62,847 nt of DNA, filler included, from Stramenopiles sp. TOSAG23-2 (GCA_900128395.1; 14 parts of 14 records of this genome joined end to end with filler, not necessarily neighbours in it); one strand, 5' to 3'. Counted from the first letter of the whole stretch, positions 45,954-57,382 are shown. Notes: generated from the sequence alone by a model not told the origin. A program made the numbers and translations.

Positions 45954-48900
45954 ATGGAAACATTGAGCGATGATTTAAACGCTATGGTGAAGGCAAAAGA
46001 AATAACTTTACCACAAGCGTTGGAGTTAAATAAACAAAAAAAAACAGCGGAAGAACACATGATAAATTTATGGGAAGACGATAAAAATTATGATAAAACT
46101 GCAATTGCCGATATGCTTCAACTTGGAAGTGGATTTTATTGGGGGGGGGATAAAGTTGTCGTGACAGGTACGGGTAGAAAACGTCGACCTGGCCATCAAG
46201 TTACTTTATTTGCCTCTGAAGACAAAATTGGTGGTGAATGGTTCTTGATCTTTGCTGCTAACTACAATGGATTTCTTAAAAAGAAAAATTTGAAAATAAA
46301 ACAAATAATGCCAACACATCCATTGCAACCAGGATATAATGGCAACGCAATAAGTGCGTTAGTTAAAATGTATGGGCCAGACGTTGATGAGTCAGAAGAT
46401 GTGATCGGGATGAAAATGTATTATTGTAGTTTACAGGAATCAAAGCCCGTCTATCATTTTAGTATTAGAGATAAAAAATCTATTAAAAAAATTGATCGTA
46501 TAATGTCTAAGGTGATCAATGATGATGATAGTGATTTCATTAATGAAATGGGAATGGTTTTAAAAGAACTAGAACGAGGAGAAAAAGCATATGTACCATT
46601 AACTGGGCACACTGCTACTAGTATAGATAAATTAGCAGAGGCTGTAGATGAAGAAGGGTTCTCTGCTATGAAAGCTAATAAAAAGACCTGTGCAGCATTT
46701 CATATCTGGGTTCAATTTGAAACTGATGCTGTTTCAAGTAGATATATTAACACAGCCAGTGGCCCAATGGTTAAGTCTGCAACGCCAATTTACGAGACAA
46801 GAGCACCAAAAGGGTCCTTAAAAGTACTTCACCAACCATCCATAGATGAACATACACTTCAACAAATGGTAATGCCGGCAGATTTTTCTATGGAAATGCA
46901 AAAATTAATGATAAGTGAATTACCTGAAATACCCGGTAAAAATGGAGGAAAAACAAAGCAAGCATGTTTTTTATGCAACGGTACAGGTAGGCGTGAAGTT
47001 GCTGAAAAATTTGTATATGGTGACAATGCAATAAATGAAGAAAAAGAAAGAATTAAAAATTCCATGGAAGCATCGTCATCAAACATTGCAGTTGCAATAA
47101 AAGAGGAAGAATATATTCCACCTCATCCACCATTACGACCAAGGCATTTAGGATATGTACCTCCACCTCCACCATCTCGAAAATCTCCAAAAGAAGAGAG
47201 AAAAACATTGGAGAAGCGTAAAAAAGACTACGGCATAGACATATCTATAAATATATATAATATGGACAGTATCTTAAAAAAGCAATTTACAACAGAAGTT
47301 GAACGTTTTGATAAATGTTTCGTTTGCATGGGTACAGGATTGGTGTCTAAAATGAGAGAAGCATTGGTAATTGAAGAGGATGATAACAATGCTAATGTGG
47401 AAGAGTGCTTGATATGTTGGGCTTTGCCACAAAAATATGGAATCTCAACGGAATGTACTCATTTTTTTTGTGAAGAGTGCATTAAATATCAATTAAAAAC
47501 GGTTATGAACTCTGGTAAATTTCCTGGTTATTGCCCTGTATGCAAAGCAAGTGCCCCAAAAGGTGAAGATCCACGGTATGGAAAAATTGATGGCGATGCG
47601 ATGTCCTTTTTAGAAAAACAAGGTATTATTGATAAAGAATTTCAATTTCAATTCATGAGGAAACAAGAGGAGTTTGAAGAATTGTTTTTTGAATGTCCAG
47701 CTAAATGCGGAAATTATCTTGTTGATGTGGATCCAACATATGTTTTACGTAAAGATAAAGTTGTTGCACGTGTTGAGCGTTGTCCATGTGGTCAAGGAGT
47801 TTGTGTGCAATGCCATCAGGCTGTCAAAGATGAAGACTTTGAAACGCATTGTTGCCCTGAAGTTGGTAAGAAAGGCAAACAGTTGCAACAGCTCCAAGAT
47901 GATCAAGCTACTTTGGCATTAATGAAAAAATTAGGGAAAAAATGTACTAATTGCAATATGTTTATTATGAAAAATGCTGGTTGTGATGTAATGATGTGTG
48001 GTGATAAAGCACACGGGGATTTACGAAAAGCGATACGAAATGGTGGTTGTGGATTGACATTTATGTGGAGTTCGATGAAACATATTGAAGATACAATCAC
48101 AAATTTAAATGGACAACGAGTACGTTGTAATCCAATTGTTAAATATAAAAATGAAATTGCTGCATATAAAAGAAAATTAGGCATTGCATTATCGGAAGAA
48201 GATAATAAATTAGCTGATTTAGTATCTGGCAATATTTTGAAAAAAACGAAAGGCAATGGCCAATTGATGAATGGAAGAGAATTATTTTGGGCATGCAAAA
48301 ACAATAATTTTAATAAGGTGTTTGAAATACTGTCTCGAGAGTATGAAGAGGATGAAACGTTGAGGCAAAATATTGATGTTGATTTTAGAATGACCGATAA
48401 TGAGCTTCCTTGGACGAATAGAGAAGTGACTCACTGTTCAATTTTGGTTGCTTGGTTTATTCCTTGTTGGGTCATTTTGGCAACTTTGGGTGGATGGAAA
48501 ATGTTTCACTTTAATAATGCCATGTTGTGGAAGTATGTTTGCTTGACTTTACTTGCATGGTACTTCCACCCTAGCCTTGGAAATTTAGGATGGGCAACCC
48601 CGATTTTCACTATTCCCTTTTGGACAGCTGCATGCGAAGCTTTTGTGTTGAGTCTGGTTGGACAATACAATACTCCTTTGACATGTGCCATATTTAATGG
48701 AAATACCAAAATTGTGAAACTGTTACTGTTGCATGATGCCGACAAAACATATCGTGCTACGTCTGGTATGTCGCCTTTAAATGCAGCCTGCTTTCATGGA
48801 CATTCAGAAATAGGTGCTATATTAATAAATAAATCGCCTGGTCTTGTTGATCAAAGACATCATATTGGTAAAAAACCAGATAGATGCTGTACTCCCATGG

Positions 48901-49043
48901 CAAATGCAGCTAGATGTTGCAATAAACCACTTCATTGGAAGCGTTCTGATACCATAGATTTATCACTTTATTGTGGATTAATTGGCTTGCCCATTTTCAT
49001 TGCTCTAATTATTTTTTTTTCAATGGTGGGGGAAAGTTTGTAG
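45954..49043 (+). CDS. RBR (RING1-IBR-RING2) E3 ubiquitin ligase with CxxCxGxG motifs, ankyrin repeats and TM segments
   Basis: CFLCNGTG and CFVCMGTG. RING1 CLIC...CTHFFCEEC...CPVC. IBR CPAKC...CPC...CVQC. RING2 KKCTNC...KNAGCDVMMC. Ankyrin motifs TPLTCAIFNG and SPLNAACFHG, plus hydrophobic segments. Confidence 0.88.
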   Translation: METLSDDLNAMVKAKEITLPQALELNKQKKTAEEHMINLWEDDKNYDKTAIADMLQLGSGFYWGGDKVVVTGTGRKRRPGHQVTLFASEDKIGGEWFLIFAANYNGFLKKKNLKIKQIMPTHPLQPGYNGNAISALVKMYGPDVDESEDVIGMKMYYCSLQESKPVYHFSIRDKKSIKKIDRIMSKVINDDDSDFINEMGMVLKELERGEKAYVPLTGHTATSIDKLAEAVDEEGFSAMKANKKTCAAFHIWVQFETDAVSSRYINTASGPMVKSATPIYETRAPKGSLKVLHQPSIDEHTLQQMVMPADFSMEMQKLMISELPEIPGKNGGKTKQACFLCNGTGRREVAEKFVYGDNAINEEKERIKNSMEASSSNIAVAIKEEEYIPPHPPLRPRHLGYVPPPPPSRKSPKEERKTLEKRKKDYGIDISINIYNMDSILKKQFTTEVERFDKCFVCMGTGLVSKMREALVIEEDDNNANVEECLICWALPQKYGISTECTHFFCEECIKYQLKTVMNSGKFPGYCPVCKASAPKGEDPRYGKIDGDAMSFLEKQGIIDKEFQFQFMRKQEEFEELFFECPAKCGNYLVDVDPTYVLRKDKVVARVERCPCGQGVCVQCHQAVKDEDFETHCCPEVGKKGKQLQQLQDDQATLALMKKLGKKCTNCNMFIMKNAGCDVMMCGDKAHGDLRKAIRNGGCGLTFMWSSMKHIEDTITNLNGQRVRCNPIVKYKNEIAAYKRKLGIALSEEDNKLADLVSGNILKKTKGNGQLMNGRELFWACKNNNFNKVFEILSREYEEDETLRQNIDVDFRMTDNELPWTNREVTHCSILVAWFIPCWVILATLGGWKMFHFNNAMLWKYVCLTLLAWYFHPSLGNLGWATPIFTIPFWTAACEAFVLSLVGQYNTPLTCAIFNGNTKIVKLLLLHDADKTYRATSGMSPLNAACFHGHSEIGAILINKSPGLVDQRHHIGKKPDRCCTPMANAARCCNKPLHWKRSDTIDLSLYCGLIGLPIFIALIIFFSMVGESL

Positions 49044-49234
49044 TAAGGCAAATAATCCAAACTTAAGAGTAAGTTGATGATAACTGTGTGTTGGCACTCA
49101 CAAATTTAAAATTTAGAAGGTATATCATTACATAAAATTACTCGTAGCATATTAGCCATAAGAGAAAATTATATATTTAATTAATGCATTAATATATATA
49201 GACATATACCTATATATATTGGTTAAAATCTAAG

Positions 49235-49551
49235 TTATAATATTTTTACACCTTCTAAATTTAGTAGAAGATCCGCTTCTGATATACAATGATTTGCTAG
49301 TAATTTTGGTGAAATTGGATCTTGATCATCTGCTGATAATGATGGTTTGCTTTCTAAATTACCATTTGCACCATGCATTAATAAATAACATATGGTACCA
49401 AAATCTGGTACCCACACGCCTTTGTTTCCAGTACAACGTAATGCTTGTAACAAGGGTGTAAAGCATGTGCTGTAAATATAGGTTTTGGTTCTGGTGGTGA
49501 TTTCATTTTAATGGCACCACCACCTTTACCTTTCTTTTTTTTCTTTCCCAT
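49235..49551 (-). pseudogene. Small frameshifted ankyrin-like gene
   Basis: ATG at 49551 reads MGKKKKKGKGGGAIKMKSPPEPKPIFTAHALHP. One extra nt at about 49454 would join it to LLQALRC...ICYLLMHGANGN...SPKLLA, which is ankyrin-like. Confidence 0.5.
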
Positions 49552-50381
49552 TTTTATTCTTATTTATTTTTGTTGTTATTTTCTTATCTTCTACGAGATC
49601 TGTTTCTTGTTTTGGTGTGTGTTTTCATTTGTATAATATAATAAAATAGTTCTTCTATATTTTCACTTTTATACTGTAATGTGTTCAGGTGCAAGTCAAA
49701 AAAACGTATAAATCTCCAGAAAGCATTTAAGCATTTTTTCCATTGCCCTCTCTCAAGTACGAAAAATACCTAATTTTTCCTATCAAATATATCAAACACT
49801 ACAAATCTATTGAGTATATGAAAAGTATCACATTAAGTATAAATATGATAGGAAATTAAAAACAGAAAACATGGCAGAAAAACACAATTTTCACGAGTTA
49901 AATGTTGAAAGGCGCCTGTCCATGCTAATTTCTACATGCTATTTCCATATATTAAAAACACTTCCTAGGGAGAATTATCAATACTATAGAAAATAACAAA
50001 AAATCTCCATACTATAGTTTTAAGTACTCTAACAAAATTATGTAAATTAGACTACGAAATTTATACTACATTTCTATAACACCTCAAACATGAATATTTT
50101 TGCCAATTTTATTTTCATTTTTAAAAGTTCCGCCAAAGTGGGTACAAAAATCGAGAAATTTCATCAGATATATAAAATTTGCATTATGTCTCACAACATC
50201 ATTCCCAACANNNNNNNNNNNNNNNNNNNNNNNNNNNNNNNNNNNNNNNNNNNNTTAATTAATTAANNNNNNNNNNNNNNNNNNNNNNNNNNNNNNNNNN
50301 NNNNNNNNNNAAATAAAAGAAAATATATTAAACATGTTGCTGATGTATATACAACTACATGTTCAAATGGAATATGTTCAA

Positions 50382-52517
50382 ATGGAATATATAACTGAAA
50401 CATGTCCAAATTGCTATGGAACGAAGTTAGTGGAAAATTTAGATGAACTTAGTTGTGCCACTTGCGGTCATAGAATAGAAGGCCATTTATCACTGAATGT
50501 AGTCGAAGGAAATGATATTTTTTCTGGTTTTAGACAAGCATCGCAGTCTCAGTCACAACTACGTCGTCGGAAGGAATTTCTGCAAAGTCAGGAAGGAATA
50601 GATACGGATGGGGGTATTATGAACAATAGTAATAAAGTAAAAGAATTTTTGTCTAAGAAACGTCGACGTAAAGAAGAATTAAAGAAAACAGATGTACATT
50701 ATTTTAATTATTTGGAAGCCATGCAATTTATACTTCGACAACAAATAGAAGCTTTAATATCAAAATGTGGTGTGACGAAAAATATCAGAAACACGGTCTT
50801 TGAAATATTCTTGAAATACACGGAAACATGCATAACAGAAAATGTAGATTTTGAAAATGTTTTCTTACAAAGTAGATTTTTATATAGACAAACCAAGCGC
50901 AAAAATTTATTACGCGAATGGAAACAATTAAAACAAAAGGAGCAACTTGAAGATAATAATAATAATAATAATAATAATAATAGTAGTAGTAATAATAATA
51001 ATAATAATAATAACAATGCAAATAATCAATCTAATCGTATGAATATAAGTGGTGATGATGACGATATCAATAGTGCAAGTGGTAGTGATGAAAGCAGCGA
51101 CGCAATGAGCGAAGATGAATCTTTTGATGATTATGGTAGACCAATATCTACAACAAATAGTAATTCAAGATCGTCAGATATTGATATGAAAATTCCAAAA
51201 CCAGAATTAATGATTACTCTATCAATATTGTACATAGCATGCTTAAAATGCAAAGAAACAATTACGATTCAAGATTTAGAAACTTGGGCTGATAATGGGA
51301 CAATACCATATTGGTTTGTTTACGATAACTTTATGCCAACATCGATGCAATATCAGTTGAAACATGCAAAGGTATTTTTTCGAGGAACAGGGAGATCTTA
51401 TCGTCGTGGCAAGTCCAGGTGGCAACATATGGGTAAAGATGCAATAGAAGGCAATAAATATTGGTTTGAAAATCGTAGAATTACATTATTAGCTAGTCGC
51501 ATATGTTTTTCATTAGAAACAACCCTGCCAAAAATAAACGTTAAAGCTTTATCTCTACGTCTATGTTTTTCAATGGGTATTCCATCTATAATTGCTAAAA
51601 TAAGTGCTATGGCAGCAGATATGCTTTCAAATATAGATCATTGGTGTATGATCAAAAGAGAAGATGATAATAGTCGTTCAGGTAGTAATAATAAATTTAC
51701 ACAGAAAAAACTTTTTTTGATCACTCATCGTCGTGTATATTTAAGCTTGGTGACTCTATCAGTATTGACATTGGAATTGTTTTATAAAAATTGGCATGAT
51801 TTTGTCCGGTATCATATACCATCAAAAGTTGAAAGTAAAATTGGACATTTATTAAATATACCAATACCAGATGGTTTGAATTCTATAAATAATAATAATA
51901 ATAATAATGTAAGAAGTGTAGATCAAGGGCGAAATATGAGTAGAAATACTACTACTACAACAACAACCACTACCACAACAACAACAAGAAGAACAACACA
52001 AATGTCAAATAACAATAATAACAATACACGACAGAAAAGGAAAAATAGAAAACGAAAGAATTTTTTAAAAACTCAAACATCTACAGTAATCCCTTGGACT
52101 GTTGATGGAGCGTCTTGCCTTCCAAATGGTTCATTATCATCATATTTGAATTTTTGTACAAATCAATCTAAGCCAAAAGATCATTTCAACAATTCTTTTA
52201 GTAAAAGCAATATTCAAAATGCATTTTATAGATTTAGTGAGAAATTTGAATCTAATATTAATTTTACGGGAAAATTCAACATTTATAATGTAAATATGGT
52301 AAAAAAACCTGCCAATGACCAAGATTTAACAAATTGGACCGTGGTATCTCGTGAAATGCGCAAATTAGCAAGAAACAGACTTTTTCATCATGTAGGTTCA
52401 TTTATTGGTGAAAATGGTGATGCAGTTAAATTCATGTATAATAAGCTATGTGGTGATGCTGTTGTATTAAAGACCTTACATACATGTAAATCAGCTTTGA
52501 TTGCGAAAAAAGATTGA
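50382..52517 (+). CDS. TAF1B: RNA polymerase I initiation factor TAF1B/Rrn7-like protein
   Basis: N-terminal Zn ribbon (CPNC...CATCG), YLEAMQFILRQQIEALI, and TLSILYIACL...ITIQDLETW...G.IPY cyclin-fold motifs. The start could be 50334, 50367 or 50382, since a 15-bp duplication sits at 50359-50388. Confidence 0.82.
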   Translation: MEYITETCPNCYGTKLVENLDELSCATCGHRIEGHLSLNVVEGNDIFSGFRQASQSQSQLRRRKEFLQSQEGIDTDGGIMNNSNKVKEFLSKKRRRKEELKKTDVHYFNYLEAMQFILRQQIEALISKCGVTKNIRNTVFEIFLKYTETCITENVDFENVFLQSRFLYRQTKRKNLLREWKQLKQKEQLEDNNNNNNNNNSSSNNNNNNNNNANNQSNRMNISGDDDDINSASGSDESSDAMSEDESFDDYGRPISTTNSNSRSSDIDMKIPKPELMITLSILYIACLKCKETITIQDLETWADNGTIPYWFVYDNFMPTSMQYQLKHAKVFFRGTGRSYRRGKSRWQHMGKDAIEGNKYWFENRRITLLASRICFSLETTLPKINVKALSLRLCFSMGIPSIIAKISAMAADMLSNIDHWCMIKREDDNSRSGSNNKFTQKKLFLITHRRVYLSLVTLSVLTLELFYKNWHDFVRYHIPSKVESKIGHLLNIPIPDGLNSINNNNNNNVRSVDQGRNMSRNTTTTTTTTTTTTTRRTTQMSNNNNNNTRQKRKNRKRKNFLKTQTSTVIPWTVDGASCLPNGSLSSYLNFCTNQSKPKDHFNNSFSKSNIQNAFYRFSEKFESNINFTGKFNIYNVNMVKKPANDQDLTNWTVVSREMRKLARNRLFHHVGSFIGENGDAVKFMYNKLCGDAVVLKTLHTCKSALIAKKD

Positions 52518-53358
52518 CGAAACAACGTACAAAAAAGATACTCTAGAAGAAGCTGGAGAAGGAGTTTGTGTGTGTGTGAGTTTGTGTGTGTGTGTAATAT
52601 TCGTATGATATAAAAAATTCTCTTATTTATGTATGATATGTGCATATTTAAATATTAAAATATTTCATTTTATATCATTTACTTTCATCGAGAGTGTTAT
52701 GCTGGATTCAGACCTTACTTGTGCTTATAGAGTATTAGAGCTAGCTTGCGGTGGCGCATGAGAGCTTTATTATTACGTAGTACGCACTTCGTAGGAGCCA
52801 ATCCTTTTTTTAGACAGAGGGAGGATTTTAACATAATATTGTTCCTGTGATTGAGTATTTGACCGTATCATATGATAGTATTTTCCACGGAAAGAAAAAT
52901 TATTTACGAAGTATTTTAAATTGATGTGCGGTTAAAATCTAAATTTATATTATTTTATTTATGATACATTCGTATAACTTTTAGATTTTAACCATCATAT
53001 ATTAATATATATATATATATTCGTATATATTAAATATTCATTTATAATGATATTTAAAATATGATATGCATATACAGGGTTGTATTATATCAAATATATG
53101 ATATACTGAAGTATATATACGCGTAAAAAATTTCTCTAGATACACATGATATCAATATAAATACATGTGTGTACATATATATATGATATATATAATTTAC
53201 TCCATTCTTTTTATTTTTAAATGTATACAAAGCAGAACATATGTGTCTGTGACACGTCTACCTCTCTCTACCTTTGTCAAATTCAACTCTATCTCTCTCT
53301 ATTAAAATGTAATTTGATATTTTACCTCTTTCTCTTTCTCGTCTTCTTCTTACTCTTT

Positions 53359-55222
53359 TTAAGCCTCCGATGGTTTCTTTCCAGAGATCTTAAACCGAAA
53401 ATTATTTTGATCCCACCATTGTGAAGCTTCTTCCTCTGTAAATTTACTTCTGTTGAAGAATATTGCAACCGGTTCTTCTCTTGCCGTGTCTTCATGACGC
53501 GCCATTAATAATGTTACACCAGGTTTAATAGTTCCTTTATCACGTTTTCTATAGAACGAATCAAATGCAAATTTTGTAGGACTTTGAACTATGAATTTCC
53601 CTTTTAAATCATTTGAACCTTGCTCATCAAAAAATTTTGTTACTTGTGGTACTGACGGCGACACAGTTAAATTATTTTGTGGTGCAATTGGAGCATTATT
53701 GGCATCTAAATTTTCAAGATTAATGGTAGGAGTTGGTTTTTTGTTTGCTTCATCAATATTTTCCTCAACTTTTACTTTTGCGTCATCTTCCTTCTTAATA
53801 TTATTGTTTTTATTATCATCATCATCATTCGTTTTCTCTGTATTTCCTGTTTCATTTGTTTTTGTCGTTTCAATTAATTCTGCAGATGTTTTCTTCTTAC
53901 TATCTTTCTTGTTGTCTTCAGCTTTTACTTTTTTGCCTACCTCATTTGCACTTAATCCATGTTTAGTAGCTGCGTTTGTTCCTTCAAGCATACCTTGGCA
54001 CATATCTAATAACGATGGTCTCTTGTTCTTCACACTTTCTTTACGTTTTGACATACGACTACGTATTTTTGATACAACTTTTTTCTTAATAGCATTTTCT
54101 TTATTTTACTNNNNNNNNNNNNNNNNNNNNNNNNNNNNNNNNNNNNNNNTAATAGCATTTTCTTTATTTGTTTTACTTGATTTTTTCTTCGATGCCGTCG
54201 TCGTACTTGTAGTTTTGTTATTTTCTTTAGTCGTGGTCGTACTATCTGATTTATTTCCTACTAATGATCTACAATCGTCTAATAATGATTTTGATTTTGA
54301 TTCTTTCTTTTTATTCTTTTTATTATTTTCATCAGTTTTCAATGCTTGTGTACCTAATCGACTTCTTACATGGCTCCATCGTGAATTGCTTTGTTTTCTT
54401 TTAGTAAATAATTGATCTTTTTTCTTTTGCAATTCTTCTTTCTCTGCCTCTGCTTTTTCAACGCGTTTTTTTTCAAGCTTTTCTTTACGTAATTTTTCAA
54501 AATGTTCTGTTCGTTGCAACATAGTCATTTTTGATAGATTAACTTTTACAACTTTTTCTTGTTCTTTTACCACTGGTAAAAGCTTTGCTTTTGTTGCTTC
54601 CACTTTGTTTTTTTCATCTTTGTTATTGTTATATGGTCTAACGGCTCCAACATCACTACGATCCGTCAATGGACGTTGTGGTAATTGCTCTTGATTATTA
54701 ACATCTTCACCAGATGGTTGACTGGATGGTCGTTGTAAAGCTTTTACAGCTGCAATACCAGATCCAACAGGTGCTGTTGTTTCCTCGTTAGCATTCGTAG
54801 CGGAAACTTCCATTTTTACTGCTTTTGCATTTGATTTCAATGTCTCAACATCTTTAGTCAAAACTTTAATACGTTGTTTTAACTTTGCTTTTTGAAGACT
54901 TGAATCTACTAACATACGTTTCAAAGTTTCAACATCGACATCTTTAAGTTTATCCATCGTTGGTATTTCAACATTCGGAAACTTAACACCCAATACAGTT
55001 GATATGGAATGACCATCTGCTTCAGCTGGTATATGATCAACCCGCACAAGTTCTTCATCAAGTCCAGGTACACCATGCATTTCTACAACAATATGTCTCC
55101 AACATTTTGAGCGAATATTTTTATTTTTTTCACCTAGTTCTATTTGTCCTTGAACAAATTTTACGGAGTCAGCTGATATACCTAAACGTAAAGGATTGCA
55201 ACGAAACCAATCTAACATGATT
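53359..55222 (-). CDS. Coiled-coil hypothetical protein spanning an internal N gap, with a small globular C-terminal domain (probably 5'-partial)
   Basis: ORFs 54106..55218 and 53359..54054 are on the same strand on either side of a 39-N gap. The NKENAI-encoding sequence appears on both sides of the gap. Confidence 0.7.
54111..54149. other. Intra-scaffold assembly gap (39 N)
   Basis: N-run without the TTAA linker, flanked on both sides by TAATAGCATTTTCTTTATTT. Confidence 0.95.
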
Positions 55223-55322
55223 NNNNNNNNNNNNNNNNNNNNNNNNNNNNNNNNNNNNNNNNNNNNTTAATTAATTAANNNNNNNNNNNNNNNNNNNNNN
55301 NNNNNNNNNNNNNNNNNNNNNN

Positions 55323-55433
55323 CCAATTCGCCAAGAAATCATTGCACTTTTACGTTTAAAAGGTGGAAAAGCAAATTGTTTTGATGAAAATGGTAGTTTG
55401 GTAGGACCCGGTAATGGTGATTTAAATGATTAA
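55323..55433 (+). CDS. 3' fragment of a probable ankyrin-repeat protein
   Basis: PIRQEIIALLRLKGGKANCFDENG...* resembles the C-terminus of the 40285-40933 protein (KNQIIKLLSSNGGK). Confidence 0.55.
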   Translation, partial: PIRQEIIALLRLKGGKANCFDENGSLVGPGNGDLND

Positions 55434-55652
55434 AAAAAAGAGACACCGGGATTGAATTAAATTGACTAAAAGCATAAAATATATTGTGTATGATACATCA
55501 TGTATATTAAAGCTAATCCCTTCCTCCCTCTAAAAAAATATTGTTTTGTGGTGTTCTCATCTCCCCCCCCGTGTTCTTCTTTCTTGTGTGTGTTTCTACA
55601 TTTCTAACTATCAAAGAAAATAGAACATATTCAGTTCAGTTTACACCACTGA

Positions 55653-56207
55653 TTAAATTTTATCCATATGTATATCAGAAACTTCTATGTCATGATCTTG
55701 TTGTAAATCTATTTGTTGTATATGTTTATACGCAATGATGGTTGATATAGCCCATACAAGACTAACCATTAAAGCAATTAAACTCCATGATACATCTGCA
55801 CCACATGTTTCATGTGAACATACATCTAAATCAGGTGCAATGAATGCAAAGAAAATAGCTAAAACAATAGAAGTGACTATGAAAATGGAGGAGATAACGA
55901 TATGTACAAATAATGATTTGATTCTTTTCTTCACTGCGTCTGTATCGGTATTACTTAATTGATAACTTGCAGTACGATGAAAATTATATATGGCAATGCA
56001 AGCACCAACACCAGCAAATGCCGATAAAGATACTAGCGAAGCAGTCCCCCAACGTGGTGGCTCTTTTCGTCTCAATGGTGCTAATAAATATGCTAATGTT
56101 GCCATAAATGCAACGATTGTCCAACCAAATGGAATAATCAGTTTAAAACAGTCCCCTAAATTAAAATGTTTGGTGACTTGTTTTTTTAAACATTCTTCCA
56201 TCGTCAT
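55653..56207 (-). CDS. Hypothetical four-TM membrane protein
   Basis: ATG at 56207 (MTMEECL). Four hydrophobic helices, with a Cys pair in the loop between TM3 and TM4. Confidence 0.7.
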   Translation of the reverse strand: MTMEECLKKQVTKHFNLGDCFKLIIPFGWTIVAFMATLAYLLAPLRRKEPPRWGTASLVSLSAFAGVGACIAIYNFHRTASYQLSNTDTDAVKKRIKSLFVHIVISSIFIVTSIVLAIFFAFIAPDLDVCSHETCGADVSWSLIALMVSLVWAISTIIAYKHIQQIDLQQDHDIEVSDIHMDKI

Positions 56208-56631
56208 TTTCGTTGTTGTTGTTGTTGTTGTTATTATTAATATGCGTATATATTTGTTTTTCAATGCTATTACTATTCGAAAATTAATCTTATATGTTTA
56301 TTATATTTCTATTTTCACGTTCCATCACTCTTTTGTCTTTCTATACGTGTGTCATCGTGTCATTGTTTGTTCGTTTGTTTTGTTCGATTTATAAAATTAA
56401 AATTGAATTAAAACGTGCAAACCTGGTAAAGCTAAAGTATTATTAGATATATATATACAAAATAATACATTGAACAAAATTACGATCATCATTGTAATAA
56501 CAACCATTGGATATATAGCTATCGTTAATCTAATTAAAGATAAATTAGATATCTCTATAATATATATATATATACACACACACATATATATCTTTCCATA
56601 CATATATATATATCCATTTAACATTAATAAC

Positions 56632-57030
56632 ATGAGTAAATATAATAATAATATACCATTATCAACTTTTCAAGTAACAAATGAATCTATTTTTATACCA
56701 TTAAATGATAATAACTTATTAGAAAAAGTAAATAATATTTTTGACGAACATGTAAATAGAGTAAACAAAAGGAGAAAAACAACTGGAACAAAGGCGCGAG
56801 AATCTTTATTATGGAGACAAAATGGAGACAAAAATTTACTGTTTGGTTTTAAAGGTAATAATACTAATTCTAGCTCATCCAAACATGGTAAAAAATCTAA
56901 TAATAATAAAAATAAAAATGTAATAAAAAAACGTAGCAAAAAAGAAATCAAATTAAATAGAAGTGAAGTCATTGCAGCATATAGAAAAATGAAAGCTGCA
57001 AAAAATAAACAATTCCGTAACAATAAGTAA
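56632..57030 (+). CDS. Small basic (Lys/Asn-rich) hypothetical protein
   Basis: ATG at 56632 follows an (AT)n leader like those of other genes here. 132 aa, C-terminal RSEVIAAYRKMK helix. Confidence 0.6.
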   Translation: MSKYNNNIPLSTFQVTNESIFIPLNDNNLLEKVNNIFDEHVNRVNKRRKTTGTKARESLLWRQNGDKNLLFGFKGNNTNSSSSKHGKKSNNNKNKNVIKKRSKKEIKLNRSEVIAAYRKMKAAKNKQFRNNK

Positions 57031-57382
57031 ATATATAAATAAGAGGAGGTGGAGGAGGTTTACACTGCGATTATTGTGTGTAGTAAAATTGTTTTTTATT
57101 TTTTATATGATAGCTAAAATTTATACACGCGCCACCTCGCCACCCCTTTTTTACATGATGTATATAAAATGTTCTCTTACTCATATACGAATCGTATTAT
57201 ATAAATTTCTTTTACTCCCGTTCATTAACATTTCAAATCAAAAGTGATTTATAAAGTTTAGTAAAAATTATTTAGTATTTCAAAAGATTGTTCCTCTGTC
57301 TGTGATTCAGAGTTAGACGAAAGAGTGTGTATATACTCTGTGTAAAATACAAATCAGTCGCCCGCACCCTGACCCACTCGCT

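Noticed and set aside
50955..51015. (AAT)n and similar trinucleotide runs inside genes
   Set aside because: Ordinary poly-Asn/Gln/Asp tracts typical of AT-rich protist genomes.
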